NCBI GenBank assembly: GCA_964609585.1
Contig: CAZSRA010000003.1
Location: 35,405 to 99,404, forward strand
DNA from: an uncultured Candidatus Saccharimonadales bacterium
Lineage (GTDB): Bacteria > Patescibacteriota > Saccharimonadia > UBA4664
Direction: 5' to 3'
Length of the DNA: 64,000 bases
Each line of letters starts with the position of its first letter. Position 1 is the stretch's first letter. The translations under genes were made by a program, and so were the position numbers. This document shows positions 17,799-27,608 of the stretch, one piece after another. The notes below the pieces were generated by a model. The model ran no database searches, was not told the DNA's origin, and worked only from the letters and a program-made list of their open reading frames with translations.

Positions 17799-19162
17799 GC
17801 TCTCGGGATCCCGCATCATTTCGCGATAATTATGGCTTTGTGTTTTGGGAAGGCGGCAATCTATATCGCCAGGTGAATGCGAACGGTGGGCCGGCTTATG
17901 ATAGCCTGATGAAAAGCGGGCTTTACGAGGACCTGACTGAGCGCGGATTGTTGATTCGCCATAAAGAGGTCAATATGTCCGGCCGGGCAGATGCCCACAA
18001 ATTCCTAAAGCCGGAAATGGTGCCGCTGATTATTTATCCTTTTGAGTGGTCGTTTTCGCAGCTCAAGGATGCAGCGCTTGCGACGCTCGAGATTCAAAAA
18101 CGCAGCCTCGAGCATGACATGACACTGCGAGATGCTAGTGCTTATAACATTCAGTTTGTTGGGGGCATGCCGTGTCTGATAGACACATTGTCGTTTGAGG
18201 AATACCACACGGGCGACGCTTGGCAGGCATACCGGCAGTTTTGCCAGCATTTTTTGGCTCCACTGGCTCTTATGAGTTACCGCGATGCCGATTTATTACA
18301 GTTGCTCCGCGTACATATCGATGGCATTCCTCTGCCGCTTGCAGCCAAGTTGCTGCCACTCAAAGCTCAAATGAAAGCGGGCATTTTCGTACATCTGAAG
18401 ATACATGCAGGGCTTCAACGCCGGCATCAGAGTAATGCGGCGGCTGTGAAGCGGTCGGTGAGTCGGACTTCATTGCTCGGACTTTTGGATAATTTGGAGC
18501 GCACGATTCGCGGCCTTGAAATGCCGAAAGCGCCGACCGAATGGGGTGATTATTACGAGCACACCAATTACAGTACGGCGGCGCGCGACCGAAAGGCGGA
18601 GCTTGTGGGCCGGTTTGCTGGGCAAGCGAAACCTAGGCGCGTGCTCGATCTGGGTGCCAATAATGGCTACTTTAGCCGGGTGGTGGCAGCCTCCGCTGAG
18701 CTTGTAATTAGCAGCGACATTGATCCGGTGGCAGTAGATGACAATTACCGACGTATGAAGCGAAACCGCGAGACAACGCTTTTGCCTATGCTGGTAGATT
18801 TAACGAATCCGAGCCCGGCGCTGGGATGGGCTAATGCGGAGCGACAGCGTTTTGGTGACCGCGTCCAGGCAGACCTGGTGATGGCTCTAGCCTTAGTGCA
18901 TCATCTGGCGATCTCAAACAATGTGCCGCTAGATATGATTGCTGGGTACTTGGCTGAGCTAGGGTCGCATTTAATCATAGAATTTGTGCCCAAAACCGAC
19001 TCGCAGGTGAAGCGATTGCTCGCGACGCGCAAGGATATCTTTCCCGACTATACTACTGAGGGATTTGAGGCAGCTTTTGGCGAGCATTTTGAAATTATGG
19101 GACGAGAGCGGCTCAAGGATTCAGAGCGAATTTTGTATCTGATGCGACGCTTAGAGCGATAG
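17795..19162 (+). CDS. NoeA-like protein (kinase-like N-terminus + class I SAM methyltransferase)
   Basis: SFRD, YPFEWSFSQLKDAAL, LRDASAYNIQF, VLDLGANNG, LALVHHL. Confidence 0.85.
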   Translation: MSSRDPASFRDNYGFVFWEGGNLYRQVNANGGPAYDSLMKSGLYEDLTERGLLIRHKEVNMSGRADAHKFLKPEMVPLIIYPFEWSFSQLKDAALATLEIQKRSLEHDMTLRDASAYNIQFVGGMPCLIDTLSFEEYHTGDAWQAYRQFCQHFLAPLALMSYRDADLLQLLRVHIDGIPLPLAAKLLPLKAQMKAGIFVHLKIHAGLQRRHQSNAAAVKRSVSRTSLLGLLDNLERTIRGLEMPKAPTEWGDYYEHTNYSTAARDRKAELVGRFAGQAKPRRVLDLGANNGYFSRVVAASAELVISSDIDPVAVDDNYRRMKRNRETTLLPMLVDLTNPSPALGWANAERQRFGDRVQADLVMALALVHHLAISNNVPLDMIAGYLAELGSHLIIEFVPKTDSQVKRLLATRKDIFPDYTTEGFEAAFGEHFEIMGRERLKDSERILYLMRRLER

Positions 19163-19189
19163 GCTGGCGAGGATCGCCGCCCAGTCCTT

Positions 19190-19573
19190 TTAAGCTTCCT
19201 GGAGTACGGAAAGAATGTTGCCAGCTGGGTCTTTAAACCAAGCAATGTCTGGTCCTTGGTGAGCTTTTAGGCCGCGAGCTATGCCCGAGTCATCAGTCAT
19301 GTTGTCGTAATGCTCGAAGGTTACCCCTTTGGCTTTGAGCTTGCCGACTGCGTCGTCGATGTCGTCAACGGGGAAGTTTAAGATGGTGTAGGTAGCGGGT
19401 TCGTGGTTTTCTTTCGGATAAACGAAGACGCCTGGACCGCCGGCCAACTTTAGAATAATAGCGCCCATCGAGCTGTCCTCGATTTCAAGACCAAGGGTCT
19501 CACCATAAAACTTTTTGGCCGCGGGTAGGTCGTTTACTGAAAACCCACTATAGGCTTTGCTATTTTTCAACAT
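19190..19573 (-). CDS. VOC/glyoxalase family protein
   Basis: [32 protein letters not shown]. Confidence 0.9.
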   Translation of the reverse strand: MLKNSKAYSGFSVNDLPAAKKFYGETLGLEIEDSSMGAIILKLAGGPGVFVYPKENHEPATYTILNFPVDDIDDAVGKLKAKGVTFEHYDNMTDDSGIARGLKAHQGPDIAWFKDPAGNILSVLQEA

Positions 19574-19669
19574 TGTCGTCCTCGCTTTCGTTTATGGCTA
19601 GTATACTCTGAAACGTTGATGATGAGCACTGGTGAATTTATTGCAGCGGTCAGGCTATGGCCTGGATGG

Positions 19670-20125
19670 TCACTCGGTGGGCTCTTCGAGATATTCGGAG
19701 TAGCTGATGTTTCTTGCAATGTCCTCAAACACGCGCCTTACGAATGGCACCATATTTGTCGGTAATTTACCGCGCGGATACCAGGAGAGGTCGTCGCATT
19801 TGTTGGGTTCCTGGTTTTGGATGTCGCCACGCCAATTGCTAGCTTCGAAGAATATGTCGACCCGTTCTTGGCCGGGTTGGTTTCGGGTAAGCCGGTGCCC
19901 GAGATGGACAAACGTTAGGTCGGTCGGATCAATGGTGATGCCGGCCTCTTCTTTGGCCTCTCGGACGATGGCGGAGGTGGCAAGCTCGTCCCCTTCCAGA
20001 TGGCCGGCAATGAGGCTGTATTTGCCGTCTTGGTAGCCAGTGTGGGCACGCCTGAGCAGGAGGACGTCATCATTGCGGCGCAAAATGAGGTAGACGGCAG
20101 GGATGAGCTTGAAGCGGTCAGTCAT
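19670..20125 (-). CDS. NUDIX hydrolase
   Basis: AGHLEGDELATSAIVREAKEEAGI Nudix box; EPNKCDDLSW. Confidence 0.9.
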   Translation of the reverse strand: MTDRFKLIPAVYLILRRNDDVLLLRRAHTGYQDGKYSLIAGHLEGDELATSAIVREAKEEAGITIDPTDLTFVHLGHRLTRNQPGQERVDIFFEASNWRGDIQNQEPNKCDDLSWYPRGKLPTNMVPFVRRVFEDIARNISYSEYLEEPTE

Positions 20126-20127
20126 AT

Positions 20128-22281
20128 CTAGCCTTCATCGACTATTCGTGCGCGATTGTATAATTTTTCGAGTAAGGGCGGCGCGTACCAAGCTTTTTTG
20201 CCCAGGAAGTGCATGAATGCGGGTACTAAAATGCCGCGGACCAAAGTGGCATCAATGAGGATGGCAAAACCAGTACCGATGCCAAATAGTTGCAAGAAGT
20301 TGATCGAGGCGACCCCAAAAGCAAAGAAACTCACGGCAAGAATGGTGGCGAGGGTCGATACAATCCGGCCGGCCCGCGCCATACCATGCGCGACGGCATC
20401 AGTGGTTTTTGCACCAGCATCGTATTGCTCTTTAATGCGACTGAGCAGGAAGACTTCATAGTCCATTGAGAGACCGAAGGCAATGCAAAAGAGCAGGATG
20501 GGCATGGTGATGTAGATGGGCAGAGGGGTGAAGCCTAGCACCGAGCTCAAATGGCCGTCTTGGAAAATCCACACCACTGCGCCAAAAGCTGCAGCTAGGG
20601 TGAGGCCGTTCGATAGCAGCGCCCGGAGGGGTTGGAGAATACTGCCGGTAAATAGGAAGAGTATCACGAATGTAGAGATAACAATCAGTGACGCGCCTAG
20701 GCCGAGGCGCGAGCCGATGGCGGCTTTTGTGTCTACAAGCTCGGCTGCATTGCCCCCAACAAACACCTGGGCGTTGGCAGGACCTGGCAGGGCTCGAATA
20801 GTTTTTATGAGCGTGCCGCCGGCGGTTGATTGGGGGTCGACATTGGTGTCGAGGTTTAGGGCGGTAATGGACGGACTTGAGGGCAAGCGAGGGATCGTTG
20901 ACACCCGTACACCGCGCACGTAAGTGCCTGTACTGGTGGCGACATCGTTGATTTGCGGAATCTTAGACAAGCTCTCCGAATACTGAGCGATATCGGCATT
21001 CGTTGGCCTACCTTGTACGACCACATTGACTTGGGAATCGCCGTTGGTCGCAAATTTGGTTCTGAGGACGTCTCCGATTTGATGGGTGGTAGTGTCTTTT
21101 GATAGCACCCGGTCGTCCGGCGTGCCGAAACTAATGTGACCTAGAGGTAGGGCGATGACGAGCAATAATATCATCACAGGCCCCGCCGTCATGAAGGGAC
21201 GACGCATCACAAACTCGGCAAGGCGCCGCCAAAAGGGAGCTTCTACACGCAGAGCAAGGTGAGCCCAGGGGAGGCGGCCTTTTTCGACCCGGTGGCCAAG
21301 CTTTAGGAGGATGGCCGGCAATACGACCAGAGCAGACACGGCCGAAATAGCGACCACGCCGACTCCCGCATAAGCAAAAGAGGTCAGGAAGTACAACGGA
21401 AATACAGCCATGGTTGCAAGGGCGGCGGATACTGCAACGGCGCTAAATAAGACGGTGCGGCCGGCAGTCTGAATGGTGCGGATAATAGCTGCCTCAACTT
21501 GTTTCCCACTGGCGAGTTCTTCTCGGTAGCGGGAGACAATGAATAAGGCGTAGTCGATAGCAAGTCCGAGTCCGAGGGCCGTAACAAGGTTCACGGAGTA
21601 GATTGAAATGTTTGTAACACTACCCAGAATATACAATTCAGCAAAGGTGCCAAAGACGGCAAGCACGGCAATGACGAGCGGCAGCAGTGCCGACATCACT
21701 GTTCCAAAGGCGAAAAGCAGCAGAATGAGCGTGAGAGGAACGGCGAGGCTTTCGGACCTCGCAAGGCTAGAGCCTACCTGATTCGTAATGTCGATGTTGG
21801 CGCGAATGCTGCCGCCAATTTGGACACTATAGCCTGAGGTATCGGTGGTATAGAGTTTTATGAGAGCTTTAGCTCTGGCAGTTTGGCCGCCCGGTTTAAT
21901 ACGCGCGGTTATGAGTCCGTAATGTTGGTCCGTGGAACGCAGGGCTGGGTTATGGGTTTGCCAGTAACTGGCAAGGCTTGCGAGGGTGGGGTCGGAGGAT
22001 AGCTTATTGGTTAAGCTTTGGCCAGTAGCGAGACCTACCGGGCTATCTACATCTGCCTGTTTGATATGAACGAGGAACACAATGTTCGTTTCGCCGCCAA
22101 AGTTTTGGCCCATGAGGTTGCGAGCGGTGGTGGACTGGGAGCTCGGCGTCTCAACGCCGCCACTTTGCAGCTTACCAAACGATTGCACGCCTAAGACGAC
22201 GGATATGATAAATAGTACGGTCGTGGCATAGAGTATGACCGTGGGGCGCTTGGTAACGAATCGGGCTAAGGCTGTGAACAT
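20128..22281 (-). CDS. MMPL family transporter
   Basis: GLGLAIDYALFIVSRYREE, FGLSMDYEVFLLSRIKE. Confidence 0.92.
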   Translation of the reverse strand: MFTALARFVTKRPTVILYATTVLFIISVVLGVQSFGKLQSGGVETPSSQSTTARNLMGQNFGGETNIVFLVHIKQADVDSPVGLATGQSLTNKLSSDPTLASLASYWQTHNPALRSTDQHYGLITARIKPGGQTARAKALIKLYTTDTSGYSVQIGGSIRANIDITNQVGSSLARSESLAVPLTLILLLFAFGTVMSALLPLVIAVLAVFGTFAELYILGSVTNISIYSVNLVTALGLGLAIDYALFIVSRYREELASGKQVEAAIIRTIQTAGRTVLFSAVAVSAALATMAVFPLYFLTSFAYAGVGVVAISAVSALVVLPAILLKLGHRVEKGRLPWAHLALRVEAPFWRRLAEFVMRRPFMTAGPVMILLLVIALPLGHISFGTPDDRVLSKDTTTHQIGDVLRTKFATNGDSQVNVVVQGRPTNADIAQYSESLSKIPQINDVATSTGTYVRGVRVSTIPRLPSSPSITALNLDTNVDPQSTAGGTLIKTIRALPGPANAQVFVGGNAAELVDTKAAIGSRLGLGASLIVISTFVILFLFTGSILQPLRALLSNGLTLAAAFGAVVWIFQDGHLSSVLGFTPLPIYITMPILLFCIAFGLSMDYEVFLLSRIKEQYDAGAKTTDAVAHGMARAGRIVSTLATILAVSFFAFGVASINFLQLFGIGTGFAILIDATLVRGILVPAFMHFLGKKAWYAPPLLEKLYNRARIVDEG

Positions 22282-22340
22282 CCGACTCCCTTGGGTTTAG
22301 TACTTATAACTTTATCGCAAAGCTCAAACCTAAGCCATTT

Positions 22341-22730
22341 TTATTTGGCATCAGGGCCTCTTTCGGCAATCATACTGATTTCGATTCTGGCCCCAAGCGG
22401 AAGCTCTTTTACGCCCACACATTCACGAGCAGGGTAGGGCGGGGCGAAGAAGTCGCTATAGACTTGATTTACTGCGGGGTAATCCGCCACGTCCGTGAGG
22501 TACATGGTGGTTTTTACGACATTGCTAAAACTGGCCAAACCAGCGGCCAGGATGGCTTCCAGATTTTTCATGACTTGATTCGTCTCTGCTTCTAACGACT
22601 CCTGTATGAGCACGCCCTGGGCGGTAAGAGCGATTTGGCCCGAAGTGTAGATAAATCCGCTCGTGATTTGGCCCTGAGAATAGGGACCGACAGCCCCTGG
22701 TGCATCTGAGGTTTCGATAGTTCGCTTCAT
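22341..22730 (-). CDS. ridA: RidA family enamine/imine deaminase
   Basis: APGAVGPYSQG, YTSGQI, VVKTT, YPARECVGVKELPLGARIEI. Confidence 0.9.
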   Translation of the reverse strand: MKRTIETSDAPGAVGPYSQGQITSGFIYTSGQIALTAQGVLIQESLEAETNQVMKNLEAILAAGLASFSNVVKTTMYLTDVADYPAVNQVYSDFFAPPYPARECVGVKELPLGARIEISMIAERGPDAK

Positions 22731-23632
22731 GAGGCAAGGTCGATAGTAGTGGAAAAAACATGGGCAGCGGTTGCCGTCACCGAAATGAGATCAAGCTTTA
22801 TATCGTGGTTCACCTCTACAAAGCTCGGCCGGTTTAGGAAATGGCCTTGCTCGGTGGTGATTAATGTCTTGGTCGGGCTTAGGACGCCATTTTTCTTGGC
22901 GGCCTGCACGAGTCCAGCTTGGATTGAGCCGGTGCAAGGGTCCTCCGCGATACCAAGGAGTGGGCAGGTAACCCGCACATGTAGATCGGCGCTGGGATTC
23001 AAGGTTTCGGCCGAATATAGGCTAAAGGCTACGATTTTGTCGGTTTTAAAATTCTTTGCCAGCTTTGCGCTATCAAATGCCAGGCCGCCAAGCTGGGACA
23101 GCGAACTTATGGGAATATATAGATAGTTCAATACGCTATCAATGAGAATAAGCGAGTCGAGGCGTAAGGAATTTGCGGGTAGGCCGAATGAGCGCGCAAA
23201 TGCTTCGCCTTGCAGGTGATAGCGTTGCATTTTGACAGCCGGAGCTAGGAACTGCACTTTTATGCGGTTGTTCTGGCCAGGTAGAACCGACATGTTCAAG
23301 ATGCCGGCACCGTTTTCAACTCTGATACTGCGGGTGCCTGGCCCATCGAGACCGTAGGTATTTGAGCGAACTAACTCGTAGATAGCCGCAATGGTGGCGT
23401 GACCGCAAAAATCAAGCTCGACGCCGCCGCAGGTAATGTAACGAAGTTTGACATCGGCGGCGTCTGAGGTGGGCCTTAAAACGAAAGCAGTTTCGGAGAG
23501 ATTCATTTCGCGGGCGATCTTGCCCATGTCTTCATCGGTGAGGCCGTCGGCGTTCGTGACCACACCAGCAGGGTTACCGCCAAAGATTTTGTCGGTAAAG
23601 GCATCGATTTGATGGAGGTTGATGGTTTTCAT
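22727..23632 (-). CDS. PhzF family isomerase/epimerase
   Basis: QIDAFTDKIFGGNPAGVV, NLSETAF, ELDFCGHAT, EDPCTGS, EQGHFLNRPS. Confidence 0.9.
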   Translation of the reverse strand: MKTINLHQIDAFTDKIFGGNPAGVVTNADGLTDEDMGKIAREMNLSETAFVLRPTSDAADVKLRYITCGGVELDFCGHATIAAIYELVRSNTYGLDGPGTRSIRVENGAGILNMSVLPGQNNRIKVQFLAPAVKMQRYHLQGEAFARSFGLPANSLRLDSLILIDSVLNYLYIPISSLSQLGGLAFDSAKLAKNFKTDKIVAFSLYSAETLNPSADLHVRVTCPLLGIAEDPCTGSIQAGLVQAAKKNGVLSPTKTLITTEQGHFLNRPSFVEVNHDIKLDLISVTATAAHVFSTTIDLAS

Positions 23633-23647
23633 GGGTGCTTCTCTCCC

Positions 23648-24280
23648 CTATTTGGCATCTTTTAGGTAGTTGTAAACGGTGGTGCGCGAAACTTTGAGTG
23701 CCCGGGCGATGTCTGCGGCTGCGTCGCGGTAATTAAAGTAGCCATGATCATAGAGCTGGCCGACTAGTTCTGATTTTTCAGCTTTGGCGAGGGCGCTGGG
23801 TGCAAGATTATTTTTGGCGGCGTATTCGGCAATGAAGGCCGCAACTTGCTGGCGCCAATTTTCAGTAAACTGCTCGACTGGATTGAGGGTGCTGCCGGTT
23901 TTTGGGTTGAGGAACGCGCCGAGCTGATGGCTCATGTCTTCGAAGGCTGTAGTGTCAAAATTGATGCAGACCAGGCCGACCGGGATGCCAGACTGATCGC
24001 GGACGGTTACGGACGTGCATTTTAGCTTTTTGCCGTCCCAGTTGGTTTTATAGTAGGGCTCGAAGATGTCGGGGAAATTTTGAATGTCGAGGCCAAGCTC
24101 GGTAACCACACTGGGATCGCCGATATTTCGACGGGAGATATTGTTGTAGAGAGCAACGATTTTGCCGGTTTTTAGGTCGTGCAGCGCGCCCTCAGCGTAG
24201 GGATGCAAGAGTTTAATGGTGGCTTCAAGCATAGGGGCAAGAGCGGCCAAATTTCGATCCAGGACAGGGCTTGTCTTCAT
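23648..24280 (-). CDS. YheO-like PAS + HTH regulator
   Basis: EGALHDL, SRRNIGDP, LKCTSV, GLVCINFD, VSRTTVYNYL. Confidence 0.88.
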   Translation of the reverse strand: MKTSPVLDRNLAALAPMLEATIKLLHPYAEGALHDLKTGKIVALYNNISRRNIGDPSVVTELGLDIQNFPDIFEPYYKTNWDGKKLKCTSVTVRDQSGIPVGLVCINFDTTAFEDMSHQLGAFLNPKTGSTLNPVEQFTENWRQQVAAFIAEYAAKNNLAPSALAKAEKSELVGQLYDHGYFNYRDAAADIARALKVSRTTVYNYLKDAK

Positions 24281-24350
24281 ATTTTATATATTAGTACAAA
24301 TTGTACAAAAAATAAAACCTCTCCTCTACGTTTACTCGGAAACGCAGGGG

Positions 24351-24374
24351 AGGGGTGCCGATACGGGCGCCCCT
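24351..24374 (-). terminator. Hairpin after the GC-rich gene 24380..24865
   Basis: Plus-strand AGGGGTGCC-gatacg-GGCGCCCCT inverted repeat 5 nt past the stop. Confidence 0.55.
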
Positions 24375-24379
24375 GGTGT

Positions 24380-24865
24380 TCACGGCACAATCTCGATCCG
24401 GGGTGGTGGAGCTGAGAGATCTCCGTGATTGGACGCGATCTCCAGCAATGGCGCGCTGACGCCCAGCATGTCGGAAAGACCACACGGGCCGAGGGTAGTT
24501 GACCAGAACAGCATCCGAGGTTCGCCGCTGCCGACAATGCCCTCGAAGATGGAGGGTGGGACCTGTCGGTCCGTAGCCGCATACAAATGCGGCAGAGCCA
24601 GGGGGGAAAGCCTGAGGATGGGTTGGGTCGGGTCCGGCCACGGCGCTACCTGGAATCGCACCAGGAGCTCGCGTCTGGGCTCGTCACCCAACACCTGACG
24701 CTCAACCGTCTGACGAGCCGGGTCGCCAATTGAGGTGACCACGAAATCAGCTGCGATGAACAGGCGGACGCAGAGTCTGCCCTTGTCATCCACCCAGACC
24801 GAGAATGGCCTGCGCTCACGGCCGGGAGGGGTGATGAATCCGATCCAAGGCGCGATAAACGACAT
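24380..24865 (-). CDS. GC-rich hypothetical protein (161 aa)
   Basis: GGGAG RBS before ATG; own promoter and downstream hairpin; preferred over overlapping frames for these reasons. Confidence 0.6.
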   Translation of the reverse strand: MSFIAPWIGFITPPGRERRPFSVWVDDKGRLCVRLFIAADFVVTSIGDPARQTVERQVLGDEPRRELLVRFQVAPWPDPTQPILRLSPLALPHLYAATDRQVPPSIFEGIVGSGEPRMLFWSTTLGPCGLSDMLGVSAPLLEIASNHGDLSAPPPRIEIVP

Positions 24866-24919
24866 AGAGACTCCCAGGGGGGTCGTATCGGCTGCCGCAC
24901 GGATTCGTGCAGCTAGGCG

Positions 24920-24948
24920 ACTGTAGAGCTGTTGAGTTATTTTGTCAA
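24920..24948 (-). promoter_or_regulatory. sigma70-type promoter
   Basis: TTGACA (24948-24943), 17 bp, TACAGT (24925-24920). Confidence 0.65.
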
Positions 24949-24994
24949 CGTAGCGTCTGCCGCCTGTACGGATTTTTCGAGGTATGATGGAGCT

Positions 24995-25534
24995 ATGATT
25001 TCATATGATGCGCTCAGGCAGCAATATCGCCCTGACCATATTAAAATGCTTCTCATCGCTGAGTCGCCGCCCCCGGCGGCAGATGTGGCAAGTAGTCGGC
25101 AGTTTTACCGCAGCGACGTTGTTCGCCGGGACGACCGACTGTTTACGAATACGATTCGTGCGCTGTTTCCGGAGACGATAGACATGCCGGAATCCGAACT
25201 AGAGGAGCATAAGGAGGCGTGGCTGCGTCGATTCCAGGCTGCGGGTTGGTACATGATTGAAGCGCTTGAAATCTCGCAGCCGCACGAGGTTACCAAACCT
25301 CAACGCCAGGAGCGAATTCGCGAGAGTTTACCTCGGCTGATCGAGCGCGTGCGAGGGCTTGCCTCACCGGATACAAAGCTTATTTTGATTAAATCTAACG
25401 TTTTTGAGGTGGCAGCCAGGCCTTTGCGCGAGGCGGGTTTTCAGGTACTCAATACTGAATTGGTTGATTATCCGGGGCGATTTAATCAGCGCGACTACCG
25501 GGAGAAGCTGGAGCGGCTCGCACAGCTGGAATAA
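24995..25534 (+). CDS. Uracil-DNA-glycosylase-superfamily-like protein
   Basis: YRPDHIKMLLIAESPP...FY and C-terminal YPG motif; start taken at ATG 24995, 6 nt after TATGAT. Confidence 0.6.
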   Translation: MISYDALRQQYRPDHIKMLLIAESPPPAADVASSRQFYRSDVVRRDDRLFTNTIRALFPETIDMPESELEEHKEAWLRRFQAAGWYMIEALEISQPHEVTKPQRQERIRESLPRLIERVRGLASPDTKLILIKSNVFEVAARPLREAGFQVLNTELVDYPGRFNQRDYREKLERLAQLE

Positions 25535-25563
25535 AAATATCCCGCACAGTCGCGGGATATTTT
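25534..25563. terminator. Bidirectional intrinsic terminator
   Basis: AAAATATCCCGC-acagtc-GCGGGATATTTT between convergent genes. Confidence 0.8.
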
Positions 25564-25578
25564 ATGCGCGTGGAACTA

Positions 25579-25983
25579 CTACGCTTGTGGCAAGTCGAGC
25601 TCAGGTATTGCCTGTTCTTCGAGGACAACTATTTCACACTCCCCCTTTACATTCGCCAGTGCCTCGTCTAATCCGTCCGTCCAGTGAAGATGGTGATGGT
25701 CTTTTACCATTTCTAACGCCTCATCCATGCTGCCGGCCTGCAAGATGGTCATGCCAATAATCTTGCTGTCACTTTTTGTAATGCCGTCCTTTGTAACTCT
25801 CATAGCATTACCAAGTGGCTTGCCTGGATCAATGAGTGCTGGTCCAATCTTTTTGAACCATTCTTCCCAGAGCTTCATGCCTTTCATGGCTTCAGCTGGG
25901 GTTGCATGAGCAAACCTTTCGGCGACTTCCAGTGGTGCTTTATATAGAACAATGTATCTTGTCATTTTGATTCCTTTTAGCAT
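25579..25983 (-). CDS. YCII-related protein
   Basis: WEEWF...DPGKPL, IGMTILQAGSMDEAL...HHH. Confidence 0.7.
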   Translation of the reverse strand: MLKGIKMTRYIVLYKAPLEVAERFAHATPAEAMKGMKLWEEWFKKIGPALIDPGKPLGNAMRVTKDGITKSDSKIIGMTILQAGSMDEALEMVKDHHHLHWTDGLDEALANVKGECEIVVLEEQAIPELDLPQA

Positions 25984-26016
25984 TACTTCGCTACCCTGAT
26001 CTCGAATTTTACTAGC

Positions 26017-26484
26017 TCAACCTCCTTTGGTAACTACCTCGAGCCCTGACTCGATGACCGGCCCAATGTCTTTGAGTGCATTAGCTACACCGATTACCTG
26101 TTCCGGCCTTAGCTTGGCCATAATGTGGCTGGACCATTCTAGCTGTCGTCGGTAAATGGCCGAGAGCGCCTCTGCACCCTTTGGAGTGAGCTCCAGGAGC
26201 TGAGCTCTTCGATCGGCTGGGTTATTTTTGTAGGTAATGAGCTGTACTTGAACAAGCACATCGGCTACTCGTTGGACGCTCTGGCGAGCGTGCCCAATGT
26301 CTTTAGCTAGGCTGGCCACGGTTTGCGACTGGTAGCCCAAACGACCGAGGACCTGCCATTTGGCACTGCTTAGACCCAGTGGCTGGGTTATGTCTTCACC
26401 GGCGCGCATGAGCAAGCTGTTGATTTGGAAAATGCTGAGTGCGAAAGTGCTCCAGATGTCATCCGGCTTTCCAATTGATTTCAT
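26017..26484 (-). CDS. MarR family regulator
   Basis: GLSSAKWQVLG, ARQSVQRVADVL, NPADRRAQLLELT. Confidence 0.9.
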   Translation of the reverse strand: MKSIGKPDDIWSTFALSIFQINSLLMRAGEDITQPLGLSSAKWQVLGRLGYQSQTVASLAKDIGHARQSVQRVADVLVQVQLITYKNNPADRRAQLLELTPKGAEALSAIYRRQLEWSSHIMAKLRPEQVIGVANALKDIGPVIESGLEVVTKGG

Positions 26485-26490
26485 GATTAT

Positions 26491-26530
26491 ATAATAGAGT
26501 ATTGACAGTATACTGTCAATACTCTATTAT
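26491..26530. repeat. Perfect 40-bp palindrome containing the marR promoter/operator
   Basis: ATAATAGAGTATTGACAGTA|TACTGTCAATACTCTATTAT, no spacer. Confidence 0.95.
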
Positions 26531-26588
26531 CGTTTTTTTGTAAGGTATTTTTTGAGCTATTTAAGTATCTTGGGTCTACTGGGACGAG

Positions 26589-27566
26589 CTAATTTTTTAC
26601 CTCTATTACCACCTTGCCGCGAGGATGACCGGTCTTTTGGTAGTCGAGGGCTTTCCCGATTTCACTCATCGGAAAGGTTTTCGCCACCTGGACTTTCACG
26701 ACTCCTTGATCGATGAGGTTGCCAAGACTGGTGAACGCTTTGGGCGTTGCGCTCTCGCTTTGTTCTACGAACTCAACCTGGTACTTCTGGACAAGCTCAG
26801 GGTGGCGCTGCCAGAGCATCGTGGTAATTTTGCCGCCAGGCTTTAAGACTTGGAATGATTTGGCAAAGGTCTCGTCGCCAATCGTATCGAAGACGGCATC
26901 GTAGTCGTGAAGCAAGGTGCTGAAGTCTTGTTTTTGGTAGTTGATGACGACATCGGCACCAAGGCTTTTGGCATATTCTTCGTCTTTTTTGCTCACAGTG
27001 GTGGCAACTTGCGCGCCGAGATGCTTGGCTATTTGGAGCGCAAAAGTGCCAATGCCACCAGCACCGCCATGAATAAGAATGCGCTGACCAGCCTGAATTT
27101 GTAGCACTTCAGCGAGTACGTGCCAGGCCCGAAGACCGGCCATTGGCACAGCTGCGGCCTCCTCGAAGTTAAGGCCGGCCGGCTTTTTCCAGACAAAGCT
27201 GGCCTTGGCTGTCGCAAGATCTGCGAGCGATCCAGAACCATTACGATTAAACCCGGCCATACCATAGACCTCATCGCCTACCTTGAGATGCTCGACGCCG
27301 GTGCCAAGTTTTTTGACAATGCCGGCAAAGTCGCTGCCGGGGGTAAACGGGAACGGCAATTGCATAAACCGGCTGAGTTCGCCTTCGACCATCTTCCAAT
27401 CAATGGGGTTGAGAGCAGCGGCCTTGATGCCTACGAGGACGAAGCCTGGGTTTACAGCCGGTTCAACAGCATGTGGGTTTATTTGGATATCTTTTGATGG
27501 GATGTAGTCAGTTATTTGGGCGGCTTTCATGCGGCTTATCCTTGTGCTATTATTGGTTTGATTCAT
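26589..27566 (-). CDS. NADP-dependent oxidoreductase (MDR/quinone reductase family)
   Basis: AAALNPIDWK, PGSDFAG, IHGGAGGIGTFALQIAK, GHPRGKVVI. Confidence 0.92.
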   Translation of the reverse strand: MNQTNNSTRISRMKAAQITDYIPSKDIQINPHAVEPAVNPGFVLVGIKAAALNPIDWKMVEGELSRFMQLPFPFTPGSDFAGIVKKLGTGVEHLKVGDEVYGMAGFNRNGSGSLADLATAKASFVWKKPAGLNFEEAAAVPMAGLRAWHVLAEVLQIQAGQRILIHGGAGGIGTFALQIAKHLGAQVATTVSKKDEEYAKSLGADVVINYQKQDFSTLLHDYDAVFDTIGDETFAKSFQVLKPGGKITTMLWQRHPELVQKYQVEFVEQSESATPKAFTSLGNLIDQGVVKVQVAKTFPMSEIGKALDYQKTGHPRGKVVIEVKN

Positions 27567-27608
27567 GAAGTATCTTTATGTATCTAACAATATATATTTA
27601 GGAATACC

